A stretch of DNA of 64,000 nucleotides from Candidatus Eiseniibacteriota bacterium. Lineage in GTDB: Bacteria; Eisenbacteria; RBG-16-71-46. Below the pieces are notes generated by a model. It ran no database searches. It was not told the DNA's origin and was given only the letters and a program-made list of their open reading frames with translations. Positions 18,747-27,353 of this stretch are shown here, piece by piece. Each line of letters opens with the position of its first letter. Positions within the stretch are counted from its first letter, which is position 1. The translations under genes were made by a program, and so were the position numbers. The stretch lies in the NCBI GenBank assembly GCA_963717505.1, contig OY970342.1:2784001-2848000 (forward strand), given 5' to 3'.

Positions 18747-19528
18747 GACTCGGTTCCTCCTCCCGCCAGCTTGTCCAGCTCGGGCAGCAGGCTGTAGCGC
18801 ACCCAGTTGTTCCTCGGATTGATCTCGAGGGCCTTCTCGTAGTGCGCGCGCGCTGCGTTCCAATCCTTGAGCTTGGCCGCCGAGCGGCCGGCCCAGACGT
18901 GGGCGTCGTCGTAGCCCCAGTCGATCGAGGTGCTGTCGCCGGGTGCCGCCGCCGCGAACAACGTGATCGCGCGTTCGAGTTGAGGCAGTGCCTTCTTGGC
19001 GCCGCCGCCCACGAAACCCGGTTTGTTGTAGGTGCCGATGCCCTCCAGCAGTGCCACCCGCGGATTCTCGGGGGCGATACCCTTGGCCTGGCCCTCGATG
19101 CCCGAGATCTCGCCACCCAGCGACATCGCCTTCATCGGCGACATCGAAATCGAAAGTCCGAGCAGGCCCGCCTTGAGCGACATGCACTCGGCGGACTGTG
19201 GCGAGGCCGCCAGCGCCTGATCGAGATGCGCGACCGCGTCGTCGCAATAGCGCTGCGCCTGTTTCTTGTCCTTCGTCATGACGCGCGGCACCAGCCGGTA
19301 GGAGGCGAGTGCCACCCAGTAGTGCAGCTCGACCGACTTGGGATCGGCCGCCGACATGCTCGCCAGCTGTTCGCGCACGGCCACCAGCTTGTGGACCGAG
19401 TCGAAGGCCGCGGCGTAGGTCAGCGTGCGCGCCGTGGCCAGCTCAGCCGGGTCGGTGGCGCTGGCCGGTTGCGCCGTAGCGATCAGCGCCAGGGTTGCGA
19501 GAACGAGGATGCTGCGTTCGGGTTTCAT
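18743..19528 (-). CDS. Secreted tetratricopeptide-repeat protein
   Basis: Signal peptide; helical repeats (PENPRVALLEG, ARAHYEKALEINPRN); PGFVGGG motif; translationally coupled on both sides. Confidence 0.8.
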   Translation of the reverse strand: MKPERSILVLATLALIATAQPASATDPAELATARTLTYAAAFDSVHKLVAVREQLASMSAADPKSVELHYWVALASYRLVPRVMTKDKKQAQRYCDDAVAHLDQALAASPQSAECMSLKAGLLGLSISMSPMKAMSLGGEISGIEGQAKGIAPENPRVALLEGIGTYNKPGFVGGGAKKALPQLERAITLFAAAAPGDSTSIDWGYDDAHVWAGRSAAKLKDWNAARAHYEKALEINPRNNWVRYSLLPELDKLAGGGTES

Positions 19529-20643
19529 GACCGTTTCTCCTTTGGGAACTGCGGATCCGCGCCCGGCTCGTGCGAGCGGACGGGAAGCGTGATCCGGACG
19601 GTGGTTCCGCCGCCCGGTGTGGCCTCGATGACCAAATCGTGAGGAGGACCTGCGCCGCGCAGGCGCTCGCGCACCGAGTGCAGGCCAAAGCCATTGCCGC
19701 TTGGGGTGGCACCCGGGTCGAAGCCCGGTCCGTCATCGCGCACTTCGAGGATCAGCCGATCGCTGTCACGACGCGCGCTGATCGAGATCGTGCCGCCCTG
19801 GTTCTGCGCCGACACGCCGTGGCGCACCGCGTTCTCGACCACGGGTTGGAGCAACAGGCTCGGGACGTGAAGAGCCTCGAGCCCGGACTCGATCCGCTCC
19901 TGAACTTGGAGCCGAGCGCCGAACCGAACCCGCTCGATCTCGAGGTAGGAACGCAGGAACTCCAGCTCCTCGCCGAGTCGCGCGAACTCGCGGTCCGAAG
20001 CGCGCAGCGTGTAGCGGAACACTTCGGCCAGGCGGGTGATGGTGTCCTCGGCCGCCGCCGGCTGCTCACGGACCAGCGCCGCGATGGTGTTGAGCGCGTT
20101 GAACAGGAAGTGCGGATGGACTTGGGCGCGCAGTGCTCTCAGCTCGGCCTCGGCCAGCTCGGCGCGCAGTCGCTCGATGGCGCCGGCCCGATCGACCGCC
20201 TGCCGGTGATAGCTGATCGCCGAGATGATGCCGCCGATCAACCCGGTGAACAGGAGCGAAAACATGCCGACGATCACCATGCTGCGAGCACTGCCCATAA
20301 GGCCGGGCATGAGGGTGAAGTGGATGATGATGGCGGCGATGTACGAGCCAATCAGGGCCGCGACCGCGTAATAGATCGGGATTTGCCAACCGCGCCCGGT
20401 CTCCTCGCAGCGCTGGCGGGGCAGCACGAAGCTCTCGAGCGCCCATATGCACACATTGATGATGAAACCGAACACCATCGAGAGCTGGTAGGCGAACCAG
20501 TAGCTCGTCCAGCCGCGATCGCCGAACAGCGTCCCGAAGAACAGGGCGGTCGGAATCGACCACAGGGGCGTCCGCCACGCGATGGTCCCTAGCTGCTGGA
20601 GCGCGCTTCGCTTCGGGCGTGTCTTCAAATGCGGTCGTTCCAT
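19525..20643 (-). CDS. LytS/YehU-type membrane histidine kinase
   Basis: LRAQVHPHFLFNALNTI, LQPVVENAVRHG, DDGPG and GFGLHSVRERL motifs; about 4 N-terminal TM helices; GGAGGA RBS before ATG 20643. Confidence 0.93.
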   Translation of the reverse strand: MERPHLKTRPKRSALQQLGTIAWRTPLWSIPTALFFGTLFGDRGWTSYWFAYQLSMVFGFIINVCIWALESFVLPRQRCEETGRGWQIPIYYAVAALIGSYIAAIIIHFTLMPGLMGSARSMVIVGMFSLLFTGLIGGIISAISYHRQAVDRAGAIERLRAELAEAELRALRAQVHPHFLFNALNTIAALVREQPAAAEDTITRLAEVFRYTLRASDREFARLGEELEFLRSYLEIERVRFGARLQVQERIESGLEALHVPSLLLQPVVENAVRHGVSAQNQGGTISISARRDSDRLILEVRDDGPGFDPGATPSGNGFGLHSVRERLRGAGPPHDLVIEATPGGGTTVRITLPVRSHEPGADPQFPKEKRS

Positions 20644-20698
20644 GGCTTCCTCCTCGACGCAATCTACGGAGAAGTCCATGGGGCGGCGACGGTTCGCC

Positions 20699-20732
20699 GG
20701 ATGAACGGTCGGATCAGGGGGATGAACGGTCG
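20699..20732 (-). promoter_or_regulatory. Tandem LytTR-binding direct repeat upstream of the LytS operon
   Basis: GGATGAACGGTCG at 20699-20711 and 20720-20732 (21-bp period). The minus-strand core ACCGTTCATC resembles the AlgR box ACCGTTCGTC. A -10-like TAGATT lies at 20661-20666 (minus). Confidence 0.75.
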
Positions 20733-20806
20733 CGGGCGGGGGCGGACACCTCGGCTCCGCGGGGTCGTGGGCGTTGGGAGGCCCCCGGGCCTGGTCGCCC
20801 GAGGGG

Positions 20807-20834
20807 TGAAGTCCCAGGGCCGAGTCGCCGAAAA
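20807..20834 (+). promoter_or_regulatory. Possible sigma28-like promoter for the beta-barrel gene
   Basis: TGAAG-N15-GCCGAAAA. Confidence 0.4.
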
Positions 20835-20925
20835 CCTTCGATGCCCCCGAGGACGGGCGGCCGCACGCGTTCAGCGCTCGGTGCCGACCCCTCGGCCCAA
20901 TCCTGAATCCACCACGGAGGCAAAC

Positions 20926-21516
20926 ATGAAGCGCACCATTCTGCTGCTCACGCTTGCGTCGACCGTCGCGGCGGCTTCGTCCGCGATGGCGCAGGCCGAC
21001 CTCGGGCTCAAGAACGTCGGGGTCGCTCTCGGCTTCGTCAACGCCGAGGAGCTCGACGGCACGTTCAGCGTCGGCATCCTCGCGAACCACGGCACGATCG
21101 CTCCGAGGATCGGGCTCGAGTCGCACCTCGACTACTGGTCCAAGTCCGAAGACGACTTCGGCACCGAGGTCTCGGTCCGCGACATCACGATCGGCGTGCG
21201 CGCCAAGTATCTATTCGAAGTCGCGAACCCGCGGGTCCAGCCGTTCGCCGGCGTCGGCGTCGGGCTCCACTTCCTGGGCGCCGAAGTGACCACACCGCCG
21301 ATCGGCGGGTTCCCGGGCACGTCCTCAGACGACTCGGAGACCCGTCTCGGAATCGACCTGGGTGGCGGTCTGACCACCCCGATTGGCCCCAAGACCGACT
21401 TCCTGGCTGAGGCCTGGTACGGAATCGTCGAGGACGTGAATCAGTTCTCGCTGCGGGCCGGAATGGTCTGGAAGCTCGGTGGGCTGGCACCCGCCGCTCG
21501 CAAGGGAGGCAAGTAG
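20926..21516 (+). CDS. Small outer-membrane beta-barrel protein (OmpA-TM/OmpW-like)
   Basis: Signal peptide MKRTILL...AMA; alternating strands; QPFAGVGVGLH motif; GGAGG RBS. Confidence 0.82.
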   Translation: MKRTILLLTLASTVAAASSAMAQADLGLKNVGVALGFVNAEELDGTFSVGILANHGTIAPRIGLESHLDYWSKSEDDFGTEVSVRDITIGVRAKYLFEVANPRVQPFAGVGVGLHFLGAEVTTPPIGGFPGTSSDDSETRLGIDLGGGLTTPIGPKTDFLAEAWYGIVEDVNQFSLRAGMVWKLGGLAPAARKGGK

Positions 21517-21532
21517 GGTCGCAGCAGTTCGG

Positions 21533-22738
21533 CTACGGGGTTCGCGACAGGACGCGCAACACCATGACCGTCATGTCGTCGGCGGGCTCGACGCCGTCGA
21601 GGAAGTCGCGAACCCCGTGCAGGACCCGCTCGATTACCTCGCGCGCGGGCAGCTCGCGCGGCAGGGATTCGATCAGCGCGTAGAGGCGTTCTTCCCCGTA
21701 CATCTCCCCGGTGGTGTTCTCGGCCTCGCTGATTCCGTCGGTGTAGAACACCACGCGATCGCCGGGCACGAGCTGAATGACTTCCTCTTCATAGGCAACG
21801 CCCTCGAGGAAGCCGACCACCAGTCCACCTGCCTCGAGCTGCGTCCGGCGTCCATCCGAGTGGAATACCACCGGATAGTTGTGCCCGGCGTTGGTGTAGG
21901 TCATGCGCAACGTCGACTCCTCGACCCGCGCCAGGAAGCAAGTGGCGAACTGTCCCGTGCTCGAGCTGCGCTGGTGCACCAGGCCGTTCAGACTCCTGGC
22001 GACCCCGGCCACGGAAGGCGTCAGGTCGGCCTGGGTGCGCAGCGAGGCCTGAAGCATCGAGGTCAGCAGGGCCGCGGGTACCCCCTTGCCCGAGACGTCG
22101 GCGATCACCAGGTAGAACGCATCATCGCCGGCTGGGACCACGTCGTAGAAGTCGCCGCTGACTTGTTTCGACGAAACGTTGACCGCGTGGACCTCGAGCC
22201 GGGGCATCGCCGGAAACTGGGAGAGTAGGAACGAGCGCTGGATGCGACGAGCCAGATCCAGCTCCTGCTCGGAGAGAGCGCGCGCGACCGCCTCGCGGTA
22301 GAAGATCACGGCGTAGATGATTCCGCTGACCAGCACCACGAACAGCACCGAGAACATCGCGATGGTCAGCACCTGCCTCGGGCTGCCCATGAATCCCGGC
22401 AGGATCGTGAAGTGGATGAGCATGGCCGCGACGAACGAGGCGGCCAGGCTGACCCCGCCGAACAGGAGCCCGTGCTTGATGAATCCCACCGCCCCCGGGG
22501 TGTCCGATTCCGGGAGCAGCCGCGGGCGCACGAAGGACTCGGTGGCCCACACCGAGATCCCGATTACGTAAGCGAAGACCAGAGAGATCAGGTACGCGTC
22601 GAAGTAGCCCCTGAGTCCGGCCCCGAACAGCGTTCCGAAGAACAGGCCGAACGGGATCCCCCACAGCGCCTGCATCCAGAGCAGGTTGAGGAAACTGCGG
22701 AGCTTGGTTTCGGGTTTGGCGGGACGACGCGGGGGCAT
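21533..22738 (-). CDS. Membrane SpoIIE/PP2C phosphatase whose sensor domain is homologous to that of the neighbouring LytS kinase
   Basis: About 4 TM helices, then ELDLARRIQ, SGDFYD, ADVSGKG, NAGH, YTDGISEA and DDMT motifs. Confidence 0.92.
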   Translation of the reverse strand: MPPRRPAKPETKLRSFLNLLWMQALWGIPFGLFFGTLFGAGLRGYFDAYLISLVFAYVIGISVWATESFVRPRLLPESDTPGAVGFIKHGLLFGGVSLAASFVAAMLIHFTILPGFMGSPRQVLTIAMFSVLFVVLVSGIIYAVIFYREAVARALSEQELDLARRIQRSFLLSQFPAMPRLEVHAVNVSSKQVSGDFYDVVPAGDDAFYLVIADVSGKGVPAALLTSMLQASLRTQADLTPSVAGVARSLNGLVHQRSSSTGQFATCFLARVEESTLRMTYTNAGHNYPVVFHSDGRRTQLEAGGLVVGFLEGVAYEEEVIQLVPGDRVVFYTDGISEAENTTGEMYGEERLYALIESLPRELPAREVIERVLHGVRDFLDGVEPADDMTVMVLRVLSRTP

Positions 22739-22825
22739 TCGGTGCGGCCTCCAGGTTCGGACCCGGACGTTAGGGTGTCGGGTGACCGGCCACCATAGCG
22801 GGCCGGCGCGCGGGCGGAAAACCGA

Positions 22826-22835
22826 GACGAACGGT
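22826..22835 (-). promoter_or_regulatory. Putative LytTR box upstream of the PP2C gene
   Basis: Minus strand ACCGTTCGTC (exact AlgR-type box); shares GAACGGTCGGA with the 20.7-kb repeat; only degenerate partners at +/-21 bp. Confidence 0.55.
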
Positions 22836-22840
22836 CGGAA

Positions 22841-23458
22841 CTAGGGGGCGAGCCGTTCGAGGATCCAGCCGGCGGTGTCGCGTCGATAGCGCAACCGGTC
22901 GTGGAGACGATGGCTGCCCGCCTGCCAGAACTCGATCATCTCGGGCGCCACGCGATAGCCGCCCCAATCCCGAGGCCGCGGGATGGAACCGTGCCTGTGC
23001 CTTTCGGCGGCGGCGCGCGCGCGGGCTTCGAGCCACTCGCGACTCTCGACCACCTGGCTCTGCGGCGAGACGCTGGCGCTCAAGCGGCTACCGACCGGCC
23101 GCGTGGCCCAGTAGGCGTCGGACTCGGCGTCGGTGATGCGTGCGATCGGGCCCTCGATGCGGACCTGCCGATCGAGCGTGCGCCAGTGAAAGCAGAGTGC
23201 AGCGCGTGGGTTCGCCGCCAGCTCACGGCCCTTGCGGCTGGTGAAGTGCGTGAAGAACACGAAGCCGCGCTCGTCGGCGCCGCGTAGCAACACCATGCGC
23301 ACCGAAGGCTGGCCGTCCGCGCCGCTGGTCGCGAGCGCCATGGCGTCGGCTTCTTCAGCCGCACCGCCGGCATCCGCGTACCAGGCGTGAAACAGCACGA
23401 GCGGATCGGCGGGGGCGTCGCGCTCGTCGAGCGGCGCTGGCCGAGGGGGACTGGTCAT
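22841..23458 (-). CDS. pdxH: Pyridoxamine 5'-phosphate oxidase
   Basis: PSVRMVLL, SRKGREL, RQVRIEG, WGGYRV, EFWQ, RLHDR and ERLAP motifs. Confidence 0.95.
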   Translation of the reverse strand: MTSPPRPAPLDERDAPADPLVLFHAWYADAGGAAEEADAMALATSGADGQPSVRMVLLRGADERGFVFFTHFTSRKGRELAANPRAALCFHWRTLDRQVRIEGPIARITDAESDAYWATRPVGSRLSASVSPQSQVVESREWLEARARAAAERHRHGSIPRPRDWGGYRVAPEMIEFWQAGSHRLHDRLRYRRDTAGWILERLAP

Positions 23459-23488
23459 CGCGCGTGCGGGCCGTCGGCGGCGCTTGGT

Positions 23489-24685
23489 TCAGCGATACGC
23501 CGGAATGCCGGTGACCGCCTCGCCCAGCACCAGCGTGTGGATGTTGTGCGTGCCCTCGTAGGTCTTGACCGACTCGAGGTTGCACATGTGCCGCATCACC
23601 GGGTACTCGGCGGTGATGCCGTTGGCGCCGAGGATGTCGCGCGCCTGGCGCGCGATGTCGAGCGCGATCTCGCAGTTGTTGCGCTTGGCGAGCGAGATCT
23701 GCTCGGGCTTGACCACGCCGCGTCTCCTTGAGCCGGCCGAGCTGGACGCACAGCAGCTGCGCCTTGGTGATCTCGGTCAGCATATCGGCCAGCTCGCTCC
23801 TGCACGAGCTGGAAGCCGCCGATCGGCCGGTCGAACTGTACGCGGCTCTTCGAGTACTCGGCCGCCGCAGTGGAAGCAGGCCATCGCGGCGCCGACCACG
23901 CCGAATGCGATGCCGAAGCGCGCCTGCGACAGGCAGCCGAGCGGGCCCTTCAAGCCACGCACGTTGGGCAGCAGATGCGCCTCGGGCACGAACACGTCCT
24001 GGAGGACCAGCTCGCTGGTGACCGAGGCGCGCAGCGAGTGCTTGCGCTTCTGCTCGGGTGCCGTAGAAGCCCTTGGTGCCCTTCTCGACCAGGAAGCCGC
24101 GGATCTCGTCCTTGCCGGTGGTCTCGTCCTTCAGCCTGGCCCAGACCACGGCGACGTGTGCGACGGTGCCGTTGGTGATCCACATCTTGGCGCCGTTGAG
24201 GACAAAGCCGCCGTCCTTCTTCACGGCGCGCGTGAGCATGCCGCCCGGGTTCGAGCCGAAGTCGGGCTCGGTCAGGCCGAAGCAGCCGATCACTTCGCCC
24301 TTCGCCATGCTGCGGCAGCCACTGTCTGCCTCTGCTCCTCGCTGCCGTAGGCGAAGATCGGGTACATGACGAGCGAGCCCTGCACCGAGGCGAACGAGCG
24401 CAGCCCGGAGTCGCCGCGCTCGAGCTCCTGCATGGCGAGCCCGTAGGCGGTGGGCGACGACGCCGGCGCAGCCGTACTCTCTCCGGCAGCGACGCCCCGA
24501 GCAGGCCCATCTCGGCGACCTCGGGAATCAGGTCCATCGGGAAGGTCGCCTCCTCGTAGGCGTCTTCGACGCAGCGACAGGAAGCGGTCCTCGACCCAGT
24601 CGCGGACGTGGTCGCGGATCTGGCGCTCGTCCTCGGTCAGGAGCGAGTCGATGTCGTAGAAATCCACGCCGGTGAAGCGGGGCAT
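23489..24685 (-). CDS. gcdH: Acyl-CoA dehydrogenase, glutaryl-CoA dehydrogenase-like; several frameshifts
   Basis: Fragments: [70 protein letters not shown]. Confidence 0.8.
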
Positions 24686-24908
24686 GCGGGCCTCCAGGCT
24701 GCCGCGCGCACGGCGCGGGGACATTCGATGGGTGTGCGGGCCGGGCAGTATAGGAGGTTTGCACAGCGTGCGCACGAGGGCCGCCGGTCTTGTCGGGGCA
24801 ACTCCGCGGTGGCAACCTGATCGCCGATCAGGAACCGGTTGAGGCCGTTGATCAGCGGCGGCCGCAGGTGAGCCGCAATAGAGGGCTCGATACGATAGGA
24901 GCGCAACG

Positions 24909-25313
24909 ATGGCGAAGATTACCGGAGTCGGCGGCGTCTTCTTCAAGAGCAATGGCGACAACGCCGCGCTGGCAGCGTGGTATCGGAAGCACTTGGGCAT
25001 GCAATTGGAGGACTTTGGCGGCGCGATCCTCAGATGGCCGGACGACAAGGCCGAGGATCGAGGCCTTACCGTGTGGCATGTCGCGGAAAAAGACAGCCAG
25101 TGGTTCAGCCCCAGCAACTCCTTGTTCATGATCAACTACCGGGTCGACAACCTCGGCGAGATGCTGGAGCAACTGCGTGCGGGGGGTGTGGAAATCACCC
25201 AAGGCCCCGAATCGCACGAGAACGGCAAGTTCGCGTGGATCATGGACCCCGACGGTAACAAGGTCGAACTCTGGGAACCGAAGGTCTGGAACGACAAGAA
25301 CAAAGGTGCCTGA
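24909..25313 (+). CDS. VOC/glyoxalase family protein
   Basis: [10 protein letters not shown]...WY; MINYRVD; [17 protein letters not shown]. Confidence 0.9.
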   Translation: MAKITGVGGVFFKSNGDNAALAAWYRKHLGMQLEDFGGAILRWPDDKAEDRGLTVWHVAEKDSQWFSPSNSLFMINYRVDNLGEMLEQLRAGGVEITQGPESHENGKFAWIMDPDGNKVELWEPKVWNDKNKGA

Positions 25314-25344
25314 GAGCGCCGCCATGGCAAAGGAGGCAAACGAC

Positions 25345-25704
25345 ATGGCAGAACAGGGTCACACTCACCACGCCATCGACTACATAGAGTTTGCCGTCAC
25401 CGACATGGCCAAAGCCAAGAGCTTCTACGAAGCAGCGTTTGACTGGAGGTTCAACGACTACGGTCCCGACTATGCCGGTATCCAGAAACAGGGTGGTGAG
25501 GCCGGAGGACTGCGCCTGGAAGCAGAGGTGTCGCCGGGGGGTCCCTTGGTCATTCTGTACTCCCATGATCTCGAGACGACGATCACGAGGGTCCGCCAAG
25601 CGGGTGGGCGGATCACGAATGAGCCGTTCGAGTTTCCTGGTGGCCGCCGATTCCACTTTGCGGACCCGAGCGGTAACGAACTCGCGGTCTGGTCCGACCA
25701 GTGA
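25345..25704 (+). CDS. VOC/glyoxalase family protein
   Basis: IDYIEF...AKSFY; FPGGRRFHFADPSGNELAVW; AGGAGG RBS. Confidence 0.9.
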   Translation: MAEQGHTHHAIDYIEFAVTDMAKAKSFYEAAFDWRFNDYGPDYAGIQKQGGEAGGLRLEAEVSPGGPLVILYSHDLETTITRVRQAGGRITNEPFEFPGGRRFHFADPSGNELAVWSDQ

Positions 25705-26363
25705 GTGTGGCCTCACCGCCTGCCATTACAACGACGCAGCAGGTGTTGATCGTGGGCGGCATCGTTTCGGCTCTGCTCTACACCGCGATGCTCGTCATTG
25801 TCCCGATGTTCTGGGAGGGCTACAGCTCCGCTTCGCAGAGCGTGAGCGAGCTGTCGGCGATCGAAGCTCCGACGCGATCGCTCTGGGTGTCGCTGGCGGC
25901 CGTCTGGACCGTGCTGTATGGCGCGTTCGGCTGGGGTGTCTGGTGGTCGGCGAGGTCCAACCGCGCTCTGCGCATGACGGGGGCCGTGATCATCGTCGCC
26001 GCGATCGCCGGCGTCTTCTGGCCGCCGATGCACCAGCGCGAGGTCCTGGCGACGGGTGGGGGAACCCTGACCGACACGCTCCACATCGTCTGGACAGCGG
26101 TGAACGGCGCCCTCACGCTGCTCGCGATGGGCATCGGCGGCGCAGCAATCGGCGGTCGATTTCGGCTCTATTCGATCGCAAGCATGGTGATCCTCGTTGG
26201 TGCCGGTGCCCTGACGTCGGTCGATGCTCCGAGGATCGATGCCGGCCTGCCCACGCCGTGGATGGGTGTTTGGGAGCGGGTCAACATCGGCGTGTGGCTG
26301 CTCTGGGTCGTCGTGCTGGCGGTCATGCTGTTGCGAGGGCCAATGTCCAGGGAGTCGCCATGA
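25701..26363 (+). CDS. DUF998-like integral membrane protein
   Basis: GYS...QSVSELSA, DTLH and GVWER motifs; multiple TM helices. Confidence 0.75.
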   Translation: MSVASPPAITTTQQVLIVGGIVSALLYTAMLVIVPMFWEGYSSASQSVSELSAIEAPTRSLWVSLAAVWTVLYGAFGWGVWWSARSNRALRMTGAVIIVAAIAGVFWPPMHQREVLATGGGTLTDTLHIVWTAVNGALTLLAMGIGGAAIGGRFRLYSIASMVILVGAGALTSVDAPRIDAGLPTPWMGVWERVNIGVWLLWVVVLAVMLLRGPMSRESP

Positions 26364-26413
26364 CGGCGCTTGTCCCGGAGTGCACTTTCCGTTGCGATCG
26401 AAGGAGGCATTCG

Positions 26414-27325
26414 ATGTCCGAGCACTTGCCAGTGAGATGCGCCGTGCGAACGACCCGACAGGCGTTGGGGAATGGGCTTGCTCCGTGGAGCCTCCTTGTT
26501 GCATGGATTGCCCTGATCAGCCCGCCCTCGGGCGCCTGGGCCCAACAGCTGCCCACGGGCGGAACGACATCGTGGGAGATCCGGGGACCCGAGGAGTTCG
26601 TCACGTTCGTGCTCTTCGATCCGAAAGTGCCGGGAGTGTCCCTGCCCGCGGGGCTTCGATTCATTTCCGCTCGGGACGCACAGATGCCCGAGATCGAGGA
26701 GCACTTGAAGCAACACCCCGACCACGCGGAATGGGCGTTCTCGTTCATCGAGATCACCCGACAGAAGGCATTCCTCCTCGACGGCAGGGCGCCAGCAATG
26801 CCGAAGAACGGAGGCGTTGGATTGTGGTTCGCTCCCGTGGATCCTTCGCAGCTCGCGGAGGAGATCCCGAAAGCCGCGTTCGACAGCATCATCGCCCCAT
26901 CACTGGGGTCCGTGATCGGACTCGGAATCTGGATTCCGGACCGGAAGTACGTCGACTACATGCGTGCGCGCGGGCACCATGCCGAGTATGGGATGGTGAC
27001 GCTCATGGAAGACAGCACGGGTGCGTTTCATGGCGAGATCCGATTGGACAACTTGCGTGTAACAGGCTCAGCAACACCTCAGGGTGACATTCGGGAAGAT
27101 CCGGCTTCCGGGACACAGGTGCTCTTTGCACCAGGAGACAGCGTGGTGCACGCCGTCGTCGTCGCCGGTGCGAACGCGCGTAACCGTGCCTGCGATGCGA
27201 CGTGGACCATGAAGGGCAATCATCCGTTGGCCCGTGGCGTGTTCGTGGGGCCGACGTACATGACGACCTATGAGGCGCCCCTCAAGGGGAGTGCGTATCG
27301 GCTCCGAGAAAGGGCGAAGCAGTAA
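26414..27325 (+). CDS. Hypothetical exported protein
   Basis: AAGGAGG RBS before ATG 26414; signal-like segment ending AWAQQ; globular beta-rich remainder. Confidence 0.65.
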   Translation: MSEHLPVRCAVRTTRQALGNGLAPWSLLVAWIALISPPSGAWAQQLPTGGTTSWEIRGPEEFVTFVLFDPKVPGVSLPAGLRFISARDAQMPEIEEHLKQHPDHAEWAFSFIEITRQKAFLLDGRAPAMPKNGGVGLWFAPVDPSQLAEEIPKAAFDSIIAPSLGSVIGLGIWIPDRKYVDYMRARGHHAEYGMVTLMEDSTGAFHGEIRLDNLRVTGSATPQGDIREDPASGTQVLFAPGDSVVHAVVVAGANARNRACDATWTMKGNHPLARGVFVGPTYMTTYEAPLKGSAYRLRERAKQ

Positions 27326-27353
27326 GACAATGCGGCCGAACAGTCGGTAGAAC

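Noticed and set aside
16758-18797. 679-aa plus-strand ORF and similar long antisense ORFs elsewhere
   Set aside because: These mirror well-supported genes on the opposite strand and have no motifs; they are expected from GC-rich codon bias.
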